Assembly (NCBI GenBank): GCA_033764445.1
Contig: JANRIZ010000160.1
Location: 3,084 to 67,083, forward strand
Reading direction: 5' to 3'
Length of the DNA stretch: 64,000 nucleotides
Source of the DNA: Verrucomicrobiia bacterium
GTDB taxonomy: Bacteria > Verrucomicrobiota > Verrucomicrobiia > JAWXBN01
The notes below the pieces were generated by a model. It saw only the letters and a program-made list of their open reading frames with translations, was not told the DNA's origin and searched no databases. The position numbers and the translations under genes were made by a program. Below are positions 1-8,306 of this stretch, piece after piece; the stretch's first letter is position 1, and each line of letters starts with the position of its first letter.

Positions 1-1393
1 TCTTGCGCATGCGTTTTTCGTGCATCGCATTGCGTTTGATCGGGTTGGTGAACTCGTCGGAAATCAGCACGCCATCCTCATCGTGTTCGTCCGTCGACAC
101 CACGTGCAGATGACCGGGGGTGCCGGGGACTGCGCGGGGGCTGACGCCGTTTTCGGTGATTTTGTAGCGGTAATAACTCAGATCGTTGGCGCCGCCGTAG
201 GGGTTGTCCATGCCGTGACCGTTGGGGAAAATCGTCTGACCCCGGTCGATTTTCGGGGCAAGGCTGATGTTGGCGGGGTCCACCGTGCTGCGGCCCTCGG
301 AAATGACCAGGTCGCTGAGGATGATTCCGGGGCACTGGAACTGATCCGTCAGGTTGAACATCTCGGGAACGAGATGATAACAATCCTCGATGGAGGTGGG
401 GGCGGCGATCAGGCGGGGATAATCCCCCTGGCCGGCACCCAGGGCCTGCCAGAGATCCGCCTGTTCCTGCTTGGTGGGCAGACCCGTTCCGGGCCCCCCG
501 CGCTGGACATTGATGGCGACAACGGGAATTTCCATGATGGAGGCCGCGCCCAGGGCTTCGGTCATCAGGGCGAAACCGCCGCCGGAGGTGGCAAACATGG
601 TGCGGGCCCCGGTGTGGGCCGCCCCATAGGCCATGTTGGCCACGCCGATCTCGTCCTCGACCTGGCGGACCATGACGCCGAGCTGCTTGGCATGGTTGGA
701 GAACCACATCAACACCCCCGTGGAGGGGCTCATCGGGTAGGCGCAGTAATATTTGACACCCGCCGCCGCGCCGGCCATGGCCAGGGCGGAATTTCCCTCG
801 ACGAAGGCGAGACTGCGCCCCAGATTTTTGAGGGTCAGAAACTGTTTGAAGTTTGATTTTGAGAATGTGTAACCCGCCTGGGCGATCTCCGTGTTTTCCT
901 TGATGATGGCCTCGCCCTTTTTGCGGAATTTTTTGGCGATATCCTCCTCCAATATCGCGAAGTCGATGCCCAGGATCGCCAGAATCGCCCCCACACCCAT
1001 GGTATTGATGTTGAGCTTGTTGGTGGAAGCCCCCTGAAGCTGCTTGACAGGCAGACCGCACAGATGGACTCCCGAAGCCGCTTCCCCGGGCTTGACCTTG
1101 TCGCTGTCAAAAAAGACGTAACTGCCCGCGCCCATGAGCTTGAGATGGCGGTTCATCGTGTCCTGGTTCAGGCAGAGCATGATGTCGATCCTGTCTCCGT
1201 GGTTGGTCACCGGCTGGTCGCTGGCCCGGACCGTCAGGAAGATGTGTCCGCCACGCACAATCGACTGGTAGGCGTTGTAGGCGTTGAGGTGATAACCGTA
1301 ACGTGCGAGGGCGAAGGCCAGAATGTCACCGGAGGATGCGATCCCCTGTCCGGCCTCACCGCCAATGGAGAATGCGAAATCAATGTTTGCCAT
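1..1393 (-). CDS. korA: 2-oxoacid:acceptor (ferredoxin) oxidoreductase alpha subunit; 3' end runs off the window
   Basis: Not in the ORF track (no stop in window). Manual translation from ATG 1393: MANIDFAFSIGGEAGQGIASSG...YQSIVRGGH...YYCAYPMSPST...QVEDEIG...TSGGGFALMTE...VQRGGPGTGLPTKQEQAD, the OFOR alpha motifs. Exact 2-oxoacid substrate not determinable. Confidence 0.9.
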   Translation of the reverse strand, partial: MANIDFAFSIGGEAGQGIASSGDILAFALARYGYHLNAYNAYQSIVRGGHIFLTVRASDQPVTNHGDRIDIMLCLNQDTMNRHLKLMGAGSYVFFDSDKVKPGEAASGVHLCGLPVKQLQGASTNKLNINTMGVGAILAILGIDFAILEEDIAKKFRKKGEAIIKENTEIAQAGYTFSKSNFKQFLTLKNLGRSLAFVEGNSALAMAGAAAGVKYYCAYPMSPSTGVLMWFSNHAKQLGVMVRQVEDEIGVANMAYGAAHTGARTMFATSGGGFALMTEALGAASIMEIPVVAINVQRGGPGTGLPTKQEQADLWQALGAGQGDYPRLIAAPTSIEDCYHLVPEMFNLTDQFQCPGIILSDLVISEGRSTVDPANISLAPKIDRGQTIFPNGHGMDNPYGGANDLSYYRYKITENGVSPRAVPGTPGHLHVVSTDEHDEDGVLISDEFTNPIKRNAMHEKRMRK

Positions 1394-1449
1394 AAGCAGA
1401 CATAAGTAATGGGATTCTGAAATTTAATCAAGCATCACTGACGTTTTTT

Positions 1450-2391
1450 TTATGTGGTCACCCGCAGCCACCGCAAAGGCCCGTTTTGGATGCTTAAATG
1501 AATGCGTTTGAGACTGGCCGGCAGCAGCACCACATCCCCCACGGCAAAGGCCTCATCATTGATATGGGCCAGCCCTGACAGACAGATCCAGACCGCAAAA
1601 CGGCCGGACTTGTTCTGGAGGTCGCATGTTTTATCCGTCACAAAATGGTCGACCGTGAAATATTCGCAGGCGGCCAGGGGAAGCGGATCGGGCGAGGCCG
1701 GAGTCCCGGCGGGGACCCGGGCGGAGAGGGCGGGTTCAAAATCATCAAAGTCGATGGATCGGAGGGACTGCGGGATGTGCAGTTCCCGGGGGCGGCCCCA
1801 GTCGTACACGCGGTAGGTGGTGTCGGAATTCTGCTGGATTTCCACGATGACATTTCCGGCATCGATCGCGTGGAGCCGACCCGAAGGCAGGAACATCGCG
1901 TCCCCGGTGCTGACCGGAAAACGGTGGCAGAGGGACTCCAGGGTGTTTTTTTGGAGGGCCTGCTCGAACTCTTCCCGGGTGACCCCGTGCTTCAACCCCG
2001 CGATCAAATGCGCCCCTGGCTGGGCCTGGGCGATGAACCACATTTCCGTCTTGGGTTCCCCCCGCAGCTCCCGGGCGCAATGGTCGGGAGGATGCACCTG
2101 CAGGGACAGACGCTGCTGGGCATCCAAAAACTTGATCAGCAGGGGGAATCTCCCGTGGGACAGGGGGGCTTTGCCCATGATCGAGGCCGCCTCCCGGCAC
2201 AGCACCTCGTGAAAGGTCAGTCCCGCCCAGGGACCTCCCTCCACCACCGTCTGCGCCTCGGGTCGGTCACAGATCTCCCAGGACTCCCCAATGGGTTTGT
2301 CGGCGGGGATCGGACGGTTGAAGACCTTGCGGAGGTTTTGGCCACCCCAGACGCGTTCCTGATAAATGGGCCGGAATTTGATCAGGGACAT
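1450..2391 (-). CDS. manA: Type I phosphomannose isomerase (cupin, ManA/YvyI-like)
   Basis: RVWGG, IGESWEI, FPLLIKFLDA..RLSLQVHP, EPKTEMW, GRLHAI, EIQQNSDTTYRVYDW motifs. Start moved to MSLIKF (2391), which has a TAGATT -10 box 7 nt upstream. Confidence 0.88.
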   Translation of the reverse strand: MSLIKFRPIYQERVWGGQNLRKVFNRPIPADKPIGESWEICDRPEAQTVVEGGPWAGLTFHEVLCREAASIMGKAPLSHGRFPLLIKFLDAQQRLSLQVHPPDHCARELRGEPKTEMWFIAQAQPGAHLIAGLKHGVTREEFEQALQKNTLESLCHRFPVSTGDAMFLPSGRLHAIDAGNVIVEIQQNSDTTYRVYDWGRPRELHIPQSLRSIDFDDFEPALSARVPAGTPASPDPLPLAACEYFTVDHFVTDKTCDLQNKSGRFAVWICLSGLAHINDEAFAVGDVVLLPASLKRIHLSIQNGPLRWLRVTT

Positions 2392-2536
2392 ACGCGGGAA
2401 TCTATACAAACCCCGCAGGAGTGCAAAAACAAAAACCGGGGAAATTTGCCGGAAGGATGGCGTTCTTTTTTGGCTGTTCAAACATGGGGAGCCTGTTTAA
2501 ATCCGTCACATGAATGTCATATCGGAGTGTTCCCTG

Positions 2537-3148
2537 ATGTTCCGTGAGTTCAAGGGCAACTTTCAGAACACAGGATCCGTCCTCCCCAGCAGCCGTTTTT
2601 TGGCGCGTCGTATGCTCGATCCCTTTTCCAAAAGGCGGCAGGCAGCCCATATCCTGGAGGTGGGGGCCGGGACCGGACCGATCACGGAGCAGATTGTGGA
2701 GCGTTTAAGGCCCCGGGATACCCTGCATATCGTGGAGTTGAACGCGGAATTTATCCGTCACCTCCGGGAGCGGGTCAACCAGGACCCGGTCTGGAGGGAT
2801 CGGAAGGCGCAAATCCACATCTTTCATGCGGATATTCTGAAATTCGAGCATGCACACGAATATGATTACGTCGTTTGCAGCCTGCCGTTTTACAATTTCC
2901 CCCCCTCCCTGGTCCGTGGGATTTTTGCCAAAATGCGACATCTGTTGAAACCCGGCGGCGTGCTCAGTTATTTTGAGTATGCCGCGATGCGGAGTCTGGG
3001 TGGACCCTTCATGTCCCGGGACCGGCGCCACAATATGAGGCAGATTGAGGGGATGCTTCAGGAGCAGAGAGCCCAATGCCTGAGCCGGTCCGAACTGGTG
3101 CTGCCCAATGTGCCCCCGGCCTGGGTGCGGCATCTGACCCAGAAATAA
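2537..3148 (+). CDS. Class I SAM methyltransferase, phospholipid/ornithine-lipid N-methyltransferase (PmtA/OlsG)-like
   Basis: GSVLPSSRFLARRM N-terminal motif, ILEVGAGTGPIT SAM-binding motif, VVCSLPFYNF, YFEY, NVPPAWV. Confidence 0.75.
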   Translation: MFREFKGNFQNTGSVLPSSRFLARRMLDPFSKRRQAAHILEVGAGTGPITEQIVERLRPRDTLHIVELNAEFIRHLRERVNQDPVWRDRKAQIHIFHADILKFEHAHEYDYVVCSLPFYNFPPSLVRGIFAKMRHLLKPGGVLSYFEYAAMRSLGGPFMSRDRRHNMRQIEGMLQEQRAQCLSRSELVLPNVPPAWVRHLTQK

Positions 3149-3201
3149 CATTGATTCCCGGCTCAAAATGTTTTGAAACTTTTGAGGGAACAACCTGTTG
3201 C

Positions 3202-3753
3202 ATGAATATGAAGGACGAGGAAAAAGACCCCTTATGGGAATTGCTGGGCAAAGCCCGCCACCTGGACCCCCTTCCGCGTTTTACCGATGACGTGCTGGCC
3301 CGTGTGGAGCGGCTTGATCAGTCGCCTGAGACCCTCTCCTGGTTCCGGTTGCCCCGGCTTTTCTGGGGGACCACCCTGGCCGGGGCCGCGGCCTGTCTTG
3401 TTTTTGTGGGGATTTTAATGATGCCCGGTGGGCCCTCGGGTCAGCCCGCTTCCGTGGCCCATTCCGTGGCCCATTCCGCGGCCCATTCACGCCTGCAACC
3501 CCAACCCCCGCTGGCGACAGCCTCTGTCGTGACCGCCTCCGCCTCCGTCCCGGCGGTCACACCCAATGCCCAGCCGGTCAATTTCAGCTTTAACGAAGGT
3601 GAAAAGGGGAATCTGGTGGTGGCCCGGACCAATGCCCCGGTGATGGCGGATGTCTCCAATCCCTGGCTGGCCTTGACCAACGACTCAACGGCCTCCTCCG
3701 GAAAAGTGTACAACCTGAATGCCGCCCCCGTGGGTTTTGAAGTCGGGCCATGA
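3202..3753 (+). CDS. Hypothetical single-pass membrane protein, anti-sigma-factor-like N-terminus
   Basis: DPLWELLGKAR...PRFTDDVLARV helix, one TM segment, Ala/Ser/Pro-rich C-terminal tail; start chosen at ATG 3202. Confidence 0.55.
   Translation: MNMKDEEKDPLWELLGKARHLDPLPRFTDDVLARVERLDQSPETLSWFRLPRLFWGTTLAGAAACLVFVGILMMPGGPSGQPASVAHSVAHSAAHSRLQPQPPLATASVVTASASVPAVTPNAQPVNFSFNEGEKGNLVVARTNAPVMADVSNPWLALTNDSTASSGKVYNLNAAPVGFEVGP
3451..3489 (+). repeat. 12-bp in-frame tandem repeat (TCCGTGGCCCAT x2 plus TCCGCGGCCCAT) encoding SVAHSVAHSAAHS
   Basis: Read directly from sequence. Confidence 0.85.
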
Positions 3754-3856
3754 TCCCGCCGTGTGTCTGCCATGCCTTGTGATGGGGGCCACTGAGGGCT
3801 TCAAATCCGCCAAAATACACTCGCTCCCCCCGTCGCATTCATCTAGGGTCGGGCCC

Positions 3857-4336
3857 ATGCTGCGTTCCAGTGTGTTGATTGTTTTGCTGGGTTTTGGGGT
3901 GCTGCTGACCGGTTGCCTCAGACAGACCGCCCCGACCCCCGCCTTGCCGGAGGGGGAGCTGACCCTGGGCACCGGACGATTAAAGGTGGAAATTGCCGCT
4001 GACGATCCGAGCCGGACCCTGGGATTGATGCATCGCGAAAGCCTTCCGGAGGAGCGGGGCATGCTGTTTGTTTTTGAGACACCGCGGTCCATGGGGTTCT
4101 GGATGAAGGACACCCTTGTCCCTTTGTCGATTGCCTATCTGGATTCCGAGGGACGCGTGCTGGAAATCTACAACATGGAGCCCCGCTCGCTGCAGAATGT
4201 GCCCAGCCAGTCAGACCAAGTGGTTTTTGCCCTGGAGGTCAACCGCGGGTGGTTTGCCCGCAACGCCGTTTCCGTCGGCACCCAGGTGCGTGTGACAGGT
4301 GCGGACTGGGAATCGCTCCGGCGGAAGGCCCGATGA
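3857..4336 (+). CDS. DUF192 family lipoprotein
   Basis: Lipobox LLTGC; VEIA..R..GLMHRESLPEERGMLFVF, FWMKDTLVPLSIAYLD, ALEVNRGWF. Confidence 0.9.
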   Translation: MLRSSVLIVLLGFGVLLTGCLRQTAPTPALPEGELTLGTGRLKVEIAADDPSRTLGLMHRESLPEERGMLFVFETPRSMGFWMKDTLVPLSIAYLDSEGRVLEIYNMEPRSLQNVPSQSDQVVFALEVNRGWFARNAVSVGTQVRVTGADWESLRRKAR

Positions 4337-4346
4337 CGGACGGTGC

Positions 4347-4380
4347 AAAAAAAATGCCCCGCTGCGGCGGGGCATCAAAA
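4347..4380 (-). terminator. Intrinsic terminator between convergent DUF192 and skp genes
   Basis: ATGCCCCGC-TGCG-GCGGGGCAT stem with an A-tract on the left (U-tract on the - strand). Confidence 0.7.
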
Positions 4381-4427
4381 GGGAAAAGGGAAATGGGAAA
4401 AAAGGGGAAAGGGAGCCGTGCCCCCCG

Positions 4428-5003
4428 TTATTTTTTGGGGGTATTGAGTTTGACAATCACGTCATCGGTGATGTCCATGCCCGTTTCGTCCAGAATCACC
4501 CCGCGGCCCTTGGTTTTGTCGAGGATGAGGTTGTAGCCCTTGGCCTTGCCGACTTCCGAGGCGGTGGTCATGATTTCGGTGATGAGATTTTCCATCAGGC
4601 GCCCGCGCTGCTCGGTCAGCTGACGTTCGCGACTGACCATCATTTCCTGGCCCTGCTGCAGCTTCATGCTGAATTGCACGCGTTTTTCCTGAACCGCCTT
4701 CATTTTTTCCGACTTGGTTTTTTCGTCGAGGGCGGGATTTTGGAGGTCCTGTTCGAGCTTGGCGCCTTCCTCCCGCATCTTGGCGATTTCCGTCTCGAGG
4801 TCCTTGCGGTCCTTTTGGAATCCATCCACCGCGCTTTGGAGTGTTTTTTCGGCGTCCTTGCGTTTGCTGTAGTTTTCAAGGGCCTTGCCGATATCGACGG
4901 TTCCCAGCTTCAGGGGGGCGGCCGACTTGGCCTGGGCCATCAGCCCGGAGGCGAAGGGCGAAAGAGTGAGTGCGGCAAGGGTGACAAGAAGGGTCTTTTT
5001 CAT
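4428..5003 (-). CDS. skp: OmpH/Skp periplasmic outer-membrane-protein chaperone
   Basis: Signal peptide, KLGTVDIGKAL, long coiled coil, AKGYNLILD, DITDDVIVKLN. Confidence 0.85.
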   Translation of the reverse strand: MKKTLLVTLAALTLSPFASGLMAQAKSAAPLKLGTVDIGKALENYSKRKDAEKTLQSAVDGFQKDRKDLETEIAKMREEGAKLEQDLQNPALDEKTKSEKMKAVQEKRVQFSMKLQQGQEMMVSRERQLTEQRGRLMENLITEIMTTASEVGKAKGYNLILDKTKGRGVILDETGMDITDDVIVKLNTPKK

Positions 5004-5269
5004 AGGGTGGGGGGCATAGTTGCAGAGGTGGTTTGAGATGCAAGCGGAATTTGAACGGAATTTTCCCCGCGGATGACGGGGTGTTTGTTGCGGCTCATGG
5101 CTTCTGTAACAGGCGGAATTTTGAAAAGTTTCCCGTCCGATGAGGCCGGGGTCTTTTCACGGTCCGGGGTGGGGGGAGGGAGGGTTTCGGAAAGAATCCG
5201 AAAAGGAGCTTGCCTCCCCTGGGGTTGTTGTCTATACCTACCCGTTCATTTTTTCAAGGAGAACACATT

Positions 5270-5422
5270 ATGTCACAGCATCGCAGTCTCAAAGGCAGCA
5301 GCGCCATGGGCGCCAAACGCAGCGTTCTGAAACGGTTTGAACGTGTCGAGCTTCTCAAGAAGCGCGGCAAGTGGAAACAGGGCGACAAAATTTACAGTCT
5401 GCCCAAGACCAAACCCGAATAA
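5270..5422 (+). CDS. PVC-type small basic protein (50 aa)
   Basis: MSQHRSLK...KRSVLKRFERVELLKKRGKW...IYSLPKTK; AAGGAG Shine-Dalgarno upstream of ATG 5270. Confidence 0.85.
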   Translation: MSQHRSLKGSSAMGAKRSVLKRFERVELLKKRGKWKQGDKIYSLPKTKPE

Positions 5423-5493
5423 AATCATCACGGCAACCCGCGGATGTGTCGGCGGCTTTGGATGTCACCATCCCACAGCCGCCGTTTCCTTTT

Positions 5494-6204
5494 ATGAGAA
5501 TCAACCAGTTTCTGGCCGCCGCCGGTCTCGGTTCCCGCCGCGCCTGTGAGGAATTCATCCGCGCGGGAAAGGTCCGGGTCAATGGACGGATCATGACCGA
5601 CCTGGCCACGCGCATTGATCCCGTCGCCGATGAGGTCCAGGTCAGCAACCGTCCGATCCGTCCCCATCGCAAGGTCTATCTGGCCTTTCACAAGCCCAAG
5701 GGTGTGGTGTGCAGCCGGGATGATGAGGAGGGGCGGAAAACCCTCTACGACCTCCTGCCCAAGGGTTCCCCGCCGGTTTTCAGTGTCGGACGACTGGACC
5801 TCGATTCCGAGGGCCTGATTTTTCTGACCAATGACGGCGCATTTGCCAATCATCTGATGCATCCCCGCTACAAGGTGCCCAAGATTTACGAGGTGGTCAC
5901 CAAATCCTCCCCGACAGAAAAGGACTTGGCCCGTCTGCTCAAGGGGGTCATGATCCGCATCGAGGAGGGGGAGCCCATGGTCCGGGCCCGGGCGGAGAAG
6001 GTCGAGCGGTTCGGCCCCGGGGCCTTTCAGGTCACGCTCACCCAGGGCTACAAACGCCAGATCCGCCAGATGTTCTATGTCATCGGCCATCCGGTCCGTT
6101 CCCTCAAACGCATCCGGATCGGGTTGGTGGAACTCAGGGACCTTCCCAAGGGCGCCGTCCGCGATCTGAAGCCCGAGGAAATCCGCAGTCTGATGAAAGC
6201 CTGA
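5494..6204 (+). CDS. rluB: rRNA pseudouridine synthase, RsuA/RluB family with S4 domain
   Basis: MRINQFLAAAGLGSRR S4 domain, FHKPKGVVCS, VGRLDLDSEGL (catalytic Asp), GYKRQIRQM. RluB versus other RsuA-family members not certain. Confidence 0.85.
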   Translation: MRINQFLAAAGLGSRRACEEFIRAGKVRVNGRIMTDLATRIDPVADEVQVSNRPIRPHRKVYLAFHKPKGVVCSRDDEEGRKTLYDLLPKGSPPVFSVGRLDLDSEGLIFLTNDGAFANHLMHPRYKVPKIYEVVTKSSPTEKDLARLLKGVMIRIEEGEPMVRARAEKVERFGPGAFQVTLTQGYKRQIRQMFYVIGHPVRSLKRIRIGLVELRDLPKGAVRDLKPEEIRSLMKA

Positions 6205-6279
6205 GACCGCCGGCTTTTTTCCGGGCCGGTGAAAAATAATTCGTGAATCCGGGCCCGCGCCGGGGCATACTCCGGGGCG

Positions 6280-7176
6280 ATGTCCGCCACACTCATTGAT
6301 GGAAAAGCCATTGCCGAGGAGATCGTCTCCGAGGTGGCGGTCCGGGTGGCCGCGTTCAAACCCCTTGGAAAGGTCCCCGGCCTGGCGGTGGTGCTGGTGG
6401 GGGACCGTCCGGACTCGGCCCTGTATGTCCGCAAAAAAATCGAGATGTGCGAACGTCTCGGGATCCTTTCCAGAAAGGTGGAATTGCCCGTCCGCACGAC
6501 ACAGGAGGAACTGTTGCGGGTGGTGGGCGAATTGAATCTGGACCCGGCCATTCACGGGATTCTCGTCCAGTCCCCCCTTCCGCCGCCGATTGACGAACAG
6601 GCGGTCATCCGCGCGATCGATCCCCGAAAGGATGTGGATGGATTCCATCCGGTCAATGTGGGGAAATTCACCATCGGCGATCCCACCGGCCTGGTGCCGT
6701 GCACCCCGGCGGGGGTGATCGAACTCCTGCTGCGCAGCCGGGTGGAGCTCCCGGGGAGACGGGCCGTCGTTCTCGGGCGGAGCATGATCGTGGGAAAACC
6801 CGCCGCCCTGCTGTTGCTGGCGCAAAATGCGACGGTGACCATCTGCCATTCCAAAACGCGTGATCTTGCCGAGATCACCCGTCAGGCGGAAATCCTGGTC
6901 GTGGGCATCGGACGTCCTGAATTTGTGAGGGCCGGGATGGTCGGGGAGGGGGCGGTGGTCATTGATGTCGGCATCCATGTCCTTCCCGACGCCACCCGCA
7001 AAAGCGGCAAACGCACCGTCGGCGATGTCGCCTTCGACGAGGTTTCCGCAAAATGCGGGATGATCACCCCGGTCCCGGGCGGTGTGGGGCCGATGACCAT
7101 TGCGCTGTTGATGCGGAATACGGTCAAGGCATTCGCGGCGGCGGTGGGGGAAGGCCCCGGGACCGGCAATCCGTGA
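6280..7176 (+). CDS. folD: Bifunctional methylenetetrahydrofolate dehydrogenase/cyclohydrolase
   Basis: YVRKK, HGILVQSPLP, KDVDGFHP, PCTPAG, GRSMIVGKP, TPVPGGVGPMTIA. Confidence 0.97.
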   Translation: MSATLIDGKAIAEEIVSEVAVRVAAFKPLGKVPGLAVVLVGDRPDSALYVRKKIEMCERLGILSRKVELPVRTTQEELLRVVGELNLDPAIHGILVQSPLPPPIDEQAVIRAIDPRKDVDGFHPVNVGKFTIGDPTGLVPCTPAGVIELLLRSRVELPGRRAVVLGRSMIVGKPAALLLLAQNATVTICHSKTRDLAEITRQAEILVVGIGRPEFVRAGMVGEGAVVIDVGIHVLPDATRKSGKRTVGDVAFDEVSAKCGMITPVPGGVGPMTIALLMRNTVKAFAAAVGEGPGTGNP

Positions 7177-7203
7177 GCCCCGGCCAGCCAGGCCGGGAGC
7201 TGA

Positions 7204-7959
7204 CTACAACAGGAGACGGATTCCGGCGAAAAAAAGAAGGATGTAGACGGTGGTGACAAACCATTTTTTGGAGACGCGGTCATTGATCCAGACACCCAGG
7301 CCGGTCCCCAGAAGCATGAAGGGGGCCATCCACAGACTCCCGTACAGCGAGGGAAGAGAGACCATTCCCTGATGAATGTAGATCGGGAGTTTGATGAGGT
7401 TGCCCAGGGCGAAGTAGGTGATATTGGTGCCGATGAACACCTGGGGGTCGAGATGTTGCGGCAGAAGGTACATGGCCATGACCGGTCCGCCTGCGTGGGC
7501 CAGTGTGGAGGTGTAACCCGCCAAGGCCCCGAGAATGGTCGCCATTCCCGGACCGGGTTTGAGGGTTTCCTCCATCTTCAGAATGCCCTCCCTGAGCAGT
7601 TGGATCAGGACAAAAAGCAGGCACAGTGCGCCCAGAATCCGTCTGAGAGTGGTGTTGTCGGTCATCTGCAGGGTCGCCGCTCCGATGAGGATCCCCGCCA
7701 GGGTGCCGGGGATGAGCCGCCGGATTTGGCGCCAGTCGACGCGGTGACGGTAGTGCCAGACGACAAAAACATCGGAAAAAATCATGATCGGCAGCAGCAG
7801 ACCCGCCGCCTCCCGTGCGGGCAGAAAAAGGGCCATCATCGGAACCGCCAGAATCCCCCCCGCCCCGCCGAATCCCGACCGGGAAACCCCGACAAAAGCC
7901 ACCACGGAGGCCATGAGCCAAAAGGAGTCGCCGTCCGGGAAGGGGAATCCGTTCATCAC
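7204..7959 (-). CDS. TauE/SafE (sulfite exporter/TSUP) family permease
   Basis: About 8 hydrophobic segments, GFGGAGGILAVP and AHAGGPVM glycine motifs; ATG overlaps the folB stop. Confidence 0.85.
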   Translation of the reverse strand: MMNGFPFPDGDSFWLMASVVAFVGVSRSGFGGAGGILAVPMMALFLPAREAAGLLLPIMIFSDVFVVWHYRHRVDWRQIRRLIPGTLAGILIGAATLQMTDNTTLRRILGALCLLFVLIQLLREGILKMEETLKPGPGMATILGALAGYTSTLAHAGGPVMAMYLLPQHLDPQVFIGTNITYFALGNLIKLPIYIHQGMVSLPSLYGSLWMAPFMLLGTGLGVWINDRVSKKWFVTTVYILLFFAGIRLLL

Positions 7960-8306
7960 GCCTTGCGGGAGACCTGGACAATCACACAGGCCGTGTCCGG
8001 GAGGATGAATTTTTTGAGACGGACCTCCACCTTTTTGACCGCATGCTTGGCCAGGACATTGTCGCAGATTTCCTGGGCAAAATGCTCCAGCAACCGGCGG
8101 GGCCGGGCCTGGGCGAGCATGTGGACGAGCTGATAGACCTGGGCGTAATCGATCGTATCGACCACGTCATCACTTTTGCTCGCACGCCTGAGGGAGAGAG
8201 TCAGCTCCACGGTCACCAGAAGTTTTTGGGCGTGGGCACGTTCCTCCTCGGGCACGCCGATGTGGGTCATGACCGCCATGTCACAAATGGTGATTTTATC
8301 GCTCAT
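7956..8306 (-). CDS. folB: Dihydroneopterin aldolase
   Basis: HIGVPEEER..AQ, DTIDYAQV, LLEHFAQEI, VEVRLKK; start moved to MSDKITI (8306). Confidence 0.92.
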   Translation of the reverse strand: MSDKITICDMAVMTHIGVPEEERAHAQKLLVTVELTLSLRRASKSDDVVDTIDYAQVYQLVHMLAQARPRRLLEHFAQEICDNVLAKHAVKKVEVRLKKFILPDTACVIVQVSRKA

